Source: Opitutales bacterium | GTDB taxonomy: Bacteria > Verrucomicrobiota > Verrucomicrobiia > Opitutales > Coraliomargaritaceae | DNA length: 32,000 nt | Assembly: GCA_049606355.1 (NCBI GenBank) | Contig: JBMYVL010000011.1 | Span: 6,057 to 38,056 of the forward strand | Direction of reading: 5' to 3' | Shown: piece after piece, positions 1 through 7,531 of the stretch | Layout: each line of letters starts with the position of its first letter | Numbering within the stretch: position 1 is the first letter of the stretch | The notes under the pieces: generated by a model | The model's database searches: none | What the model was told of the DNA's origin: nothing | Seen by the model: only the letters and a program-made list of their open reading frames with translations | Program-made: the position numbers and the translations under genes

Positions 1-311
1 TCTTGTTCGACTAGAAAATCTTCCGTGACCGGTAGTTTACTGCGAAATGCGAAGTCAGCGAAGGTATTGCGGTGGAGAATATAGTGGGCATAGAGCGCAG
101 TGGCCTGTTGTTCGAAATAGATCCGAAATTCTCCGGCGCGAACCCGATAGTAGGTCTTCCCGTCGCGATGAAAACGCCCCAAGTCCTCGTTGGGATTATC
201 GAGTTGTTCCTGGGTGAGAGTGCTGACGACCTCGACGAGGAGCATCTGCGAGCGTGTATCAAGCTGGTTAAGCTCATACATGCTTTGTTCGCTGAAATTA
301 ACTTGAAACAT
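1..311 (-). CDS. RelE/ParE-family toxin-like protein, partial (3' end runs off the left edge of the window)
   Basis: This ORF is absent from the supplied track because it has no in-window stop. I translated the minus strand from the ATG at 309-311 and found no stops: MFQVNFSEQSMYELNQLDTRSQMLLVEVVSTLTQEQLDNPNEDLGRFHRDGKTYYRVRAGEFRIYFEQQATALYAHYILHRNTFADFAFRSKLPVTEDFLVEQ... The core YYRVRAGEFRIYFE...HRN resembles the classic RelE/ParE signature (YRIRVGDYRIIY...HR). There is an alternative in-frame ATG at 345-347. The two tracked ORFs here (11..361 minus, 72..353 plus) look like off-frame artefacts. Confidence 0.5.
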   Translation of the reverse strand, partial: MFQVNFSEQSMYELNQLDTRSQMLLVEVVSTLTQEQLDNPNEDLGRFHRDGKTYYRVRAGEFRIYFEQQATALYAHYILHRNTFADFAFRSKLPVTEDFLVEQ

Positions 312-395
312 GGTAGAGGGCGCGGGCGGCTGATTTGTAAAAACCATACATGAGGCAGCATTTCGCTGGGTGCAACTCAGAATCGATTTAGAGGT

Positions 396-2201
396 ATGCG
401 CACGGTTGACCCAGCGCGATCGCTGACGCATGGTGCTGGCGAAATGAATCCTGTAACCGCCAACCCTTGGGTGCTTCTGTGCTTTGATACGCACAACCGT
501 TTCTTGCTGGGCAGTGATCCACAGGGGCATGCGCAGCCCTCTTTTGTGGCAGATGCGGCGGATGGGCGAACTGTCAGCGAAGTTGCTCAGGCCGAGGTCG
601 CGGCGGAGGCGCAGGTTGTTGAGCTCTGCTCCTTTCATTTTGAGGGGCAGGAGTGGACGCTTTACTGCGTGCGCAGCGCGGTAGTTGCAGTAGCGGGGCA
701 GGTGTTTCAGAGTTTCGATGCCCTCACGGCGGCGCAAGCGGCCGGCGCAATGCCCATCACACCGCTTTTGGCGGCGGTTCTAAAGGCAATCGAACCCGAG
801 CTAATTCGTATCCCTTATCTGGATCAGGGCGAAAACGAGTACATTTACCGTTTTCGCACCGCGAAGGAGCGAAACCGCTCGGTGTACGTGGATGCGCATT
901 CGCAAGGGCTGTATCAAAGTGAATTATGTGCCCTCATTAAAGCTGCCCGACGCACTAAGGAAAAATCTTCCGGAGAGCCGGCGGTTCTCGATTTTGGTCC
1001 GGTTCGTTATGTGATTCCCAGCCATTTTGGTTTTTGTCTGGGCGTACAAAACGCGATCGAACGTGCCTACGAAGCAGTGGCAAGCCACCCGGATCGACGG
1101 GTGTTTATGCTCAGTGAATTAATCCACAATCCTTTTGTAAACGAAGACCTGCTCGCGCGTGGCCTGCGCTATTTACAAACGGATAAGGGCCTACCCCTGT
1201 GTGCCAATGGTCAGTTAGCCAATGGACCGAGTGACCCGGATGCTTTGTGGAATCAATTATCCGCAGACGATGTAGTGATTATTCCCGCATTCGGTGCGAC
1301 CAATGAAGACAAGCAGCGCTTAATCCGCCGCGGTATTGCCATCCGTGAGTATGATGCCACCTGTATGCTCGTAGAAAAGGTTTGGAAAGCGGCGCGGCGC
1401 TATGCCGAAGCGGGCTTCACGGTGCTGATTCACGGGAAAGCCGAGCATGAGGAGACGAAGGCCACGTTTTCGAACAGTTCTCACTATGGTCCCGCGCTGA
1501 TGCTCCGCAATCAAGGGCATGCCGAGGCCTTAGCGGCAGTGATCGAAGCCGAGGGGCCGACCAAGACCCGTCTGTTCAACGCCTCATTTGCGGGCCTCTT
1601 CTCGGAGGGCTTTGATCCACAGCGTGATCTCGAAAAACTAGCGGTGGTCAACCAAACCACGCTCTTGCGCAACGAAACGCTTAAGATCATCGATTACCTC
1701 CGTGAGGTGATCGCCGCTAAATACGGTGCCGATAAGGTATCGGAGCATCTGTGGTCCAAGGGCAAGGGCGACACGCTTTGTTACGCGACTCAAGTGAACC
1801 AGGATGCCTTGCACAAAGCACTGGAAGCACCTATTGATGCAGCGTTAGTGGTTGGTGGGCGCAACAGCTCCAACACCTACCAATTGTACCGCGTCTGTGC
1901 GGAACGCTATGGTGCCAATGCGCACTACATCCAATCGGAGGCGAACATTCACTCGATGCAGCAGATTCAACACTACATTTTTCCGGATGTCAGTGCCGGC
2001 CGAGTGGCCGAAAGCGAAGCACTTCGACCTTTCCTGCCCACTCGCGACGCACCGCTGCAGCTTTTGCTGACTGGTGGCGCTTCCTGTCCGGATGGGATTA
2101 TCCAGCAGGTTATTCAGCGGATTAATGGGTTTTTCCCTGCGGACGCACTCCGCCCGCTGGATGTCATCCTGCAGGAACTGGCAGGTGAAAATGCGGAGTG
2201 A
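396..2201 (+). CDS. ispH: 4-hydroxy-3-methylbut-2-enyl diphosphate reductase (IspH/LytB), long form with an N-terminal extension
   Basis: The 601-aa ORF carries the IspH hallmarks HFGFCLGVQNAIE (first Cys), DATCMLVEKVW (second Cys), VVNQTT, DTLCYATQVNQDA (third Cys) and VVGGRNSSNTYQL. The segment IHGKAEHEETKATFS resembles plant/cyanobacterial-type IspH rather than the short E. coli type. The start is uncertain, with ATG at 396, 444 and 750 all in frame. The first Cys motif lies at about residue 214 of the longest form. Confidence 0.9.
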   Translation: MRTVDPARSLTHGAGEMNPVTANPWVLLCFDTHNRFLLGSDPQGHAQPSFVADAADGRTVSEVAQAEVAAEAQVVELCSFHFEGQEWTLYCVRSAVVAVAGQVFQSFDALTAAQAAGAMPITPLLAAVLKAIEPELIRIPYLDQGENEYIYRFRTAKERNRSVYVDAHSQGLYQSELCALIKAARRTKEKSSGEPAVLDFGPVRYVIPSHFGFCLGVQNAIERAYEAVASHPDRRVFMLSELIHNPFVNEDLLARGLRYLQTDKGLPLCANGQLANGPSDPDALWNQLSADDVVIIPAFGATNEDKQRLIRRGIAIREYDATCMLVEKVWKAARRYAEAGFTVLIHGKAEHEETKATFSNSSHYGPALMLRNQGHAEALAAVIEAEGPTKTRLFNASFAGLFSEGFDPQRDLEKLAVVNQTTLLRNETLKIIDYLREVIAAKYGADKVSEHLWSKGKGDTLCYATQVNQDALHKALEAPIDAALVVGGRNSSNTYQLYRVCAERYGANAHYIQSEANIHSMQQIQHYIFPDVSAGRVAESEALRPFLPTRDAPLQLLLTGGASCPDGIIQQVIQRINGFFPADALRPLDVILQELAGENAE

Positions 2202-2232
2202 CGTGCTTCAGCGATCTCCTCCTGCGACTCCC

Positions 2233-3606
2233 CTAGCCCTGCTCGCTTTCCATTCCCTCTAGAACGAGTTCGCCCATCAGTGTGCTGGCGGTGGCTTCGG
2301 TAATGCGCACCGGTACCAACTGCCCCACTAGGCGCGGCGTGGCTTTAACGATGACTTTTCGATGCCCGCGGGTGCGCCCCATAAACATCCCCTCGCCTCG
2401 TTTTGCGGGCCCCTCAAACAAGACTTCTTCGACGGTATCAATGAGCGCTTCATTACGGGCCAGGGAGTGCCGGCCGAGAATATCCAGCAGCACTTGATTG
2501 CGCGCTTCTTTGACCGCTTTGGGTATGGGGTCGCCGAGTGGTTCTGCTGTGGTATCCGGGCGCACGCTGTATTTAAACAGGTAGGCCATATCAAACCCGA
2601 TCTCGTCAAAGGCGTGCCGCGTGAGCTCAAAATCGGCGTCGGTTTCGCCGGGAAAGCCGACAATCACATCGGTGGAGATGTACACATCGGGGCGCACGGC
2701 GCGAATCTTGGCAATGATCTCGCGGAACTTCTCGATGGTGTACGGGCGTCGCATCGCTTTGAGGATGCGGTTGCTGCCGCTTTGCATCGGGAAGTGCAGG
2801 TATTCGCACAGCTTCGGCAAGCGCGCATAGCACTCGATGAGGTCATCTTTAAAACCAACCGGATGGGGGCTGGTAAAGCGGATCCGCTCAATGCCTTCGA
2901 TCGCATGGACGCGCTCCAGTAACTGTACGAAGGGGCTCTTTTTATCAACGAAGGGGAACTCGCGCACGGCGTATTGATTGACAATTTGCCCCAGCAGGGT
3001 GACTTCGCGCGTCCCGTTGGCCGCGAGTGCTTCAATTTCTGCGACAATCTCATCCATCGGGCGGGCACGCTCGGCGCCCCGTGTCTTCGGCACGATGCAG
3101 TACGAGCACTTCATGTTGCAGCCCTGCATGATACTCACAAAGGCACTCACCTGCTGCTTGTCGGCATCGTGTGATTTGATGGTATTTTGGGAGCCATCCT
3201 CTGCCTCCAGGTCGACAATGGTATCGGGCCGCGGTCCTTGGCCCTGCAATGTCGCGATCATATGATCGAGGTGGTCGGGCACGCGGTGAAATTTTTGGGT
3301 GCCAACAATGAGATCCAGGTCGGGCAAGCGATCGAGTAAGTCATTTCCGCGGTTTTGCGCCATGCACCCCATCACACCCAAAATGAAGTTGGGGTTTTTG
3401 CGCTTCCGTTTGGTCAAATGCCCTGCCTTACCAATGGCTTTTTGCTCGGCCTGATCCCGTACACTACAGGTATTGAGTAGCACCACATCGGCATCCAACT
3501 CGCTTTCGACAATGCTGTAGCCTTTGCCGCGCAGCATCGCCGCGACGGCATCCGAGTCGCGCTCATTCATTTGGCAACCGTAGGTCTTGATGTAAACCCG
3601 ATTCAT
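2233..3606 (-). CDS. miaB: tRNA-i6A37 methylthiotransferase MiaB (radical SAM)
   Basis: N-terminal MNRVYIKTYGCQMNERDS matches the UPF0004/MTTase Cys motif. The radical-SAM motif is CNMKCSYCIVP (CxxxCxxC), and the C-terminus is TRAM-like. I moved the start from the tracked 3687 to the ATG at 3604-3606, which gives the canonical MiaB N-terminus (457 aa). Confidence 0.93.
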   Translation of the reverse strand: MNRVYIKTYGCQMNERDSDAVAAMLRGKGYSIVESELDADVVLLNTCSVRDQAEQKAIGKAGHLTKRKRKNPNFILGVMGCMAQNRGNDLLDRLPDLDLIVGTQKFHRVPDHLDHMIATLQGQGPRPDTIVDLEAEDGSQNTIKSHDADKQQVSAFVSIMQGCNMKCSYCIVPKTRGAERARPMDEIVAEIEALAANGTREVTLLGQIVNQYAVREFPFVDKKSPFVQLLERVHAIEGIERIRFTSPHPVGFKDDLIECYARLPKLCEYLHFPMQSGSNRILKAMRRPYTIEKFREIIAKIRAVRPDVYISTDVIVGFPGETDADFELTRHAFDEIGFDMAYLFKYSVRPDTTAEPLGDPIPKAVKEARNQVLLDILGRHSLARNEALIDTVEEVLFEGPAKRGEGMFMGRTRGHRKVIVKATPRLVGQLVPVRITEATASTLMGELVLEGMESEQG

Positions 3607-3697
3607 GTGGAGCGCGCAGCATGCCCATTCGCTTTGCCTTGTAAACCCAGAAACGACTCGCTTGCCAGCGCGGGCAGGCGCACTCAAGGTGCCCGGG

Positions 3698-4111
3698 ATG
3701 TCGGAGTTGCAGCCAGTTGTTTTTGTTTACGGTACCCTCAAGCCGGGCGGTGCGTATTGGCAGGAGTATTGCGCAGGTCGCGTTGTCGGGCAACAAGCTG
3801 CTTGTGTGCGCGGCAGCTTGTATGATTTGCGACGTGGCTACCCCGGGCTGCGTCGCACCGGTTCCGGTTGGGTGCACGGTTACCGCCTAACACTCGCGGA
3901 CAGCGCTGCTTTGCAGCGGATCGACAGCTTAGAAGGTTATCGCGCGGATCGTCCCGAGGAACAAAACGAATACACCCGTATCCGCGTCGCCTGCCTCAGT
4001 CCGCAGGGTGAAAGGCTTGGCAGCGCATGGACGTATGCGGTGACGGATTGGTTTTGGCGCCGATGTGATTCCCGACCCCTCCCGGATGGCGAGTGGCCGA
4101 TTGAAGCTTAG
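3698..4111 (+). CDS. gamma-glutamylcyclotransferase-like (GGACT/AIG2 family) protein
   Basis: VVFVYGTLKPGG (YGTL motif) lies near the N-terminus and SLEGY lies downstream. The start is placed at the ATG at 3698 (MSELQPVVFVYGTLK). The tracked upstream extension overlaps the miaB start region. Confidence 0.72.
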   Translation: MSELQPVVFVYGTLKPGGAYWQEYCAGRVVGQQAACVRGSLYDLRRGYPGLRRTGSGWVHGYRLTLADSAALQRIDSLEGYRADRPEEQNEYTRIRVACLSPQGERLGSAWTYAVTDWFWRRCDSRPLPDGEWPIEA

Positions 4112-4161
4112 GCCCCGGGAGTTGCCTAAGCACTTGCGCTCATTGGCACGGCACGGCATAG

Positions 4162-4812
4162 ATGACCCCCATGTTCCTAAGCGCGACTAGCCCGTTTAAA
4201 CTACTCTTCGTCGGCGATTCGATCACCGACTGTGGACGCGATCGCAGCCAGCACGGCAGCGATTTGGGCAACGGCTATGTGCAGCAAGTGGATGCCCTGC
4301 TGCGCGCGCATCTGCCGCAGTTAGCGATACAAACACTCAATGTCGGTGTTTCCGGGAATCGTGTGACGGATCTGGAAGCGCGCTGGCAAGAAGATGTGCT
4401 CCACCAGAGTCCGGATTATGTCGCAATTTTGATCGGGATTAACGATGTCTGGCGGCAGTTTGATGCACCCCACCTCCCACCGGTCACACTCGAGGCGTAC
4501 GCTGAAACTCTGGAGGCATTGATTCGTCGGACCCGGTGCTCGACACAGGGGATGTGGATTCTCTCGCCGTTTTTTCTCGAAACAAATAAAGCGGATCCGA
4601 TGCGGGCCATGATGGATCGTTACGGGGCCGCCGCACAAGCGGTTGCCAAGGCGCAGGGCCTTAGCTTTGTTGATTTGCAAGCAGCCTTTGATGCTTGGCT
4701 AAGCCACCAACCGACACAGCAATTGTGCGCTGACCGCGTCCATCCAAATGCGGTGGGTCACGCGATCATCGCCCGCGCCTTTTTACGGGCGCTGGGCTTT
4801 AATTGGACCTGA
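4162..4812 (+). CDS. SGNH/GDSL-family hydrolase (lipase/esterase-like)
   Basis: Block I is LLFVGDSITDCG, the Gly/Asn block is VGVSGNRV, followed by GINDV, and block V is DRVHPN (DxxH). Confidence 0.8.
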   Translation: MTPMFLSATSPFKLLFVGDSITDCGRDRSQHGSDLGNGYVQQVDALLRAHLPQLAIQTLNVGVSGNRVTDLEARWQEDVLHQSPDYVAILIGINDVWRQFDAPHLPPVTLEAYAETLEALIRRTRCSTQGMWILSPFFLETNKADPMRAMMDRYGAAAQAVAKAQGLSFVDLQAAFDAWLSHQPTQQLCADRVHPNAVGHAIIARAFLRALGFNWT

Positions 4813-4818
4813 GCCAAC

Positions 4819-6222
4819 TCAAGCGTCGTCGCCCTTGGCGACTTTTTTTGCCCGCTTCCGCGCGGTTTTCTTAGTGGCAGATTTCTTTGCAGCCGTTTGG
4901 CTGCTGGCGGCTTTCGTTTTGGTGGTGCGCGCTTTGCTTGCAGCTGCAGATTTGCGGGCGACTTTTTTCACAGCGGCCTTTTTAACGGCTTTCTTGGTTG
5001 CAGTGGTTTTCGGGGTCGCCTTTGAGGCGGCCTTTTTCGGCGCTGCGGCTTCGGTTTGCGCCGTTGCCTCGGGGGGATTGGCAGTTGTTAAGTCCGAGCT
5101 CGCTGCGGTTTTGGTTTTCCGGCGCCCTTTGCTACTCGCGGGTTGTTGCCTGCGCTTGGCAGCTTTTTCGCTTTGAGCAGCTGGCTCTGGTGGGGTTTTG
5201 CCGGTGGCTTCGCTGGATGCATTGTCGGGCTGGTTGGCAACTGGCTCGCCACGCGACTTCGTGCGCCCTCGCCCGCCGCGCTTGCGGCGCGTTTTGCTGC
5301 TGCCCGTGCTCTTGCCGTCGCGACTGTGGTTCGCCTCGTAACGTTCGGGGCGCGCTTCAAAATCTTCGATGGCGGCGGCGATCCGTTCCTCCATCTCATC
5401 ATCGCTATAGGGAATCACTCGTTCGATGCGATCGGCTGCTTTGGTTGCGATTGGTTCCGGCTCCGGCGGGCAATACGCCTGGGGTGGAAGGACGACTTGA
5501 TTATAAGGATCCAGAGCTAGTGGTGTTTCAGGTAGCGCCTCGCCAGCGTCGGGGCTGAGTTGCGGATAAAGCGTGACTTCGCTGGGCACATTGGTGGCAT
5601 GCGGGCTCAAGAGCGTTTCGAGAGTCCGTAGGACCGCTTTAGGGTCTATGCGGGACTGCGCGAGTTGCGCATCGCTGACTTTGGCACCGGGCAGGGCTTC
5701 GTTTTGGCGCAGAATGAGATTGGTTAGGCGCAGGCCCTGATCCCGACCTTGATCGAACAGCGCTTGATTCATTTCCCTTAAGCCGCCGAGAATTAAGGCA
5801 TTGGCGGCACTGGCAGCGTGCCCGCTTTTGTTGGCGGGGATGAGATGAATCAACTGCCCGCGAAAACGCAGTAGGTTAGGTAGAACCGCACGAGTGAGTA
5901 GGACAGGCCCAAGCAGCCCGACTTTGAGGATCGCTTCGAGGTTACCGAGAGGCAGTTTCTCAAAGTCAGTGCCCGGGGTGATGTCCAGTGCGTGAATGAG
6001 GATATCCACACGCTGCTCGGCTTCCAAAATCGACGCAGCAGTGCTGTGGACGGCAGCGAGATCCGTCAGGTCGATCGCGTGAGCCATGAAATGAGGATCA
6101 CTCCAGTTGACCTGTGCAAAATTGTTGCCGATGCCATGCACGCGGCAGCCCTGTTGAATCAGGTGCTGAACGATTTGTAGGCCGAGTGGCGTGTCGGCGC
6201 CGGTAATAATCGCAATGTCCAT
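4819..6222 (-). CDS. SDR/Rossmann-like domain protein with a long basic Lys/Ala/Thr/Ser-rich (histone H1-like) C-terminal tail
   Basis: This is a single uninterrupted 467-aa ORF starting at the ATG at 6220-6222. The N-terminus MDIAIITGADTPLGLQIV has a TGxxxxxG Rossmann-type motif and SDR-like spacing (ILIHALDI, LIHLIPANKSGHAASAANAL). There is no Tyr anywhere in residues 1-218, so the YxxxK catalytic motif is absent. By my count residues 301-467 contain about 47 K/R in 167 aa, for example PKKAASKATPKTTATKKAVKKAAVKKVARKSAAASKARTTKTKAASSQTAAKKSATKKTARKRAKKVAKGDDA. Confidence 0.7.
   Translation of the reverse strand: MDIAIITGADTPLGLQIVQHLIQQGCRVHGIGNNFAQVNWSDPHFMAHAIDLTDLAAVHSTAASILEAEQRVDILIHALDITPGTDFEKLPLGNLEAILKVGLLGPVLLTRAVLPNLLRFRGQLIHLIPANKSGHAASAANALILGGLREMNQALFDQGRDQGLRLTNLILRQNEALPGAKVSDAQLAQSRIDPKAVLRTLETLLSPHATNVPSEVTLYPQLSPDAGEALPETPLALDPYNQVVLPPQAYCPPEPEPIATKAADRIERVIPYSDDEMEERIAAAIEDFEARPERYEANHSRDGKSTGSSKTRRKRGGRGRTKSRGEPVANQPDNASSEATGKTPPEPAAQSEKAAKRRQQPASSKGRRKTKTAASSDLTTANPPEATAQTEAAAPKKAASKATPKTTATKKAVKKAAVKKVARKSAAASKARTTKTKAASSQTAAKKSATKKTARKRAKKVAKGDDA
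4822..5322 (-). repeat. Low-complexity coding DNA (Lys/Ala/Arg/Thr/Ser codons) encoding the basic tail of the 4819..6222 protein
   Basis: On the plus strand the region is a run of ttt/ctt/ggc/cgc-type triplets (for example gactttttttgcccgcttccgcgcggttttcttagtggcagatttctttgcagcc). It is degenerate with no exact tandem unit. This composition also creates the mirror-image Phe/Ala-rich pseudo-ORF at 4748..5176 (+). Confidence 0.6.
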
Positions 6223-6288
6223 AATAAATTTCTGAGTGGTGTATCCGCCGCCTATACCCGCGCAGTCGGCAGCAAATAGAAACGATGC

Positions 6289-6936
6289 TTAATGGAGGTG
6301 TGCGCGCAGCTCGGCTAAGCTTTCGACGACCGGTGCACCTGTCGCCTGGAGCCGTGTGGGGCAATGGTGCCCGTGGGCGATCAGAATACAGTCGGCGCCG
6401 AGCGTTTCAGCGACCTCGTAGTCGTGCAGGGTGTCACCAATGAGTACAATCTCTGCCGGTGACCAATCCCCTTGTGCCAACCATTGCTGCCCCTGCTCAA
6501 TTTTACCGCGGGCGTAAATATTGTCGCAGCCAACGAGCTCGGTGAAATGGGTGCCAATCCCGTAGTGGCGAATACCGGTCTCGAGCGCCTCTTGTTTGGC
6601 CGCCGAGAGTACTGAATGGCTGACTCCGAGCGCGCGCAGATCGTGCAGTACACTGGCTGCCTCCGGATGGAGCGAGCACTCCTCCAGCCAGCGGGCTTCG
6701 TAGGCATTTATAAATTCATGACTGACGGCCGCGAAGCTGTCCACGTCGGTATCGAAGCCCAAATAATCGTAGAAGTGGACGACCGGAAAGCCGAAATGCA
6801 TGCGGTAGTCATCTGCGGAGATCGCAGCCTTCCCCCGTTTCGCGAGTAAATCATTGAGCACCTCGACACACAGCCATGTATCGTCCAGCAGTGTGCCATT
6901 CCAATCCCAAATGACGTGTTTGTAGGGAGCCGCCAT
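6289..6936 (-). CDS. HAD-superfamily hydrolase (phosphatase-like, subfamily IA style)
   Basis: Motif I-like is VIWDWNGTLLDD (D-x-N rather than D-x-D), motif II-like is HSVLSAA, and motif IV-like is LIGDTLHD. The start ATG at 6934-6936 lies 1 nt after the stop of the upstream membrane-protein gene. Confidence 0.78.
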   Translation of the reverse strand: MAAPYKHVIWDWNGTLLDDTWLCVEVLNDLLAKRGKAAISADDYRMHFGFPVVHFYDYLGFDTDVDSFAAVSHEFINAYEARWLEECSLHPEAASVLHDLRALGVSHSVLSAAKQEALETGIRHYGIGTHFTELVGCDNIYARGKIEQGQQWLAQGDWSPAEIVLIGDTLHDYEVAETLGADCILIAHGHHCPTRLQATGAPVVESLAELRAHLH

Positions 6937-6937
6937 G

Positions 6938-7369
6938 TTAGTTCAATAAATCCGGCTTACGGCGGAACAAAACAACCGGTGGTTGCAGGAGCGCGATAAA
7001 AATCAAGCTGCCTTCTAAGCCGGGTACGCCGAGCTTTTGACCCTGCTCCGCCAGGGCCATGTAGGCGAACATAACGGATACAATCATAATAAAAACAAAT
7101 CCGGCAGCGAGGGCGGTGAGCGCGATACAAGCAGGCGTCCACAGTCGTTCACTTAAGCGTTGGAAGGGCAAATTGAGCAGCAGCCCAAAAACGAGGTAGT
7201 AAACGGCTTGAATGGACTCAAACCAGTTGGTTTGGCCGCGCAGCAGCAACCAGAGCGCCCAGATCAACAAAGCGGCGCCCAGTGCGCGGCCCGCCAAGCG
7301 CGCATAGGTAAGGCCCTTATGGGTGGCGCTGCCCGGGCAGTCTGTCGTCGATTCTTGCGAAGCTTGCAT
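6938..7369 (-). CDS. small integral membrane protein (about 4 hydrophobic segments), function unknown
   Basis: Hydrophobic stretches include ALGAALLIWALWLLL, VYYLVFGLLLNL, ACIALTALAAGFVFIMIVSVMFAYMAL and LIFIALLQPPVVL. The gene abuts the HAD start. I prefer the ATG at 7367-7369 (MQASQES...); the tracked start at 7381 is a GTG four codons upstream. Confidence 0.5.
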   Translation of the reverse strand: MQASQESTTDCPGSATHKGLTYARLAGRALGAALLIWALWLLLRGQTNWFESIQAVYYLVFGLLLNLPFQRLSERLWTPACIALTALAAGFVFIMIVSVMFAYMALAEQGQKLGVPGLEGSLIFIALLQPPVVLFRRKPDLLN

Positions 7370-7531
7370 AAGGATACGCACCGCTCAAGGGCGGCGTGAG
7401 ACTACAGGAAGCCCACCCGCCAAGCAGCCACCCCACGATATAGTGAACAAATTAGCATTTATTCTTGCCATGGAGATAAATCGAGCATACGGGTGTGTGG
7501 AACTACTTTTAATCTCGAAACAGTTACAAGC

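Noticed and set aside
11-361. Tracked ORFs 11..361 (-) and 72..353 (+) at the left edge.
   Set aside because: Neither has recognisable motifs. A third, open-ended minus-strand frame gives a clean RelE/ParE-like sequence and was preferred.
4748-5176. A plus-strand 142-aa ORF that looks like a multi-TM membrane protein (Phe/Ala/Val/Leu-rich).
   Set aside because: It is the codon-mirror of the Lys/Ala tail (AAA/AAG/GCC read backwards gives TTT/CTT/GGC). It would have to start inside the SGNH hydrolase gene in another frame. The minus-strand reading is contiguous with a folded N-terminal domain.
7385-7531. A possible LexA/SOS box upstream of recA (GAACA at about 7445-7449).
   Set aside because: I could find only one half-site. 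No GAAC-N4-GTTC, CTGT-N8-ACAG or TGTTC-N4-GAACA-type palindrome is present, so it cannot be supported from the sequence.
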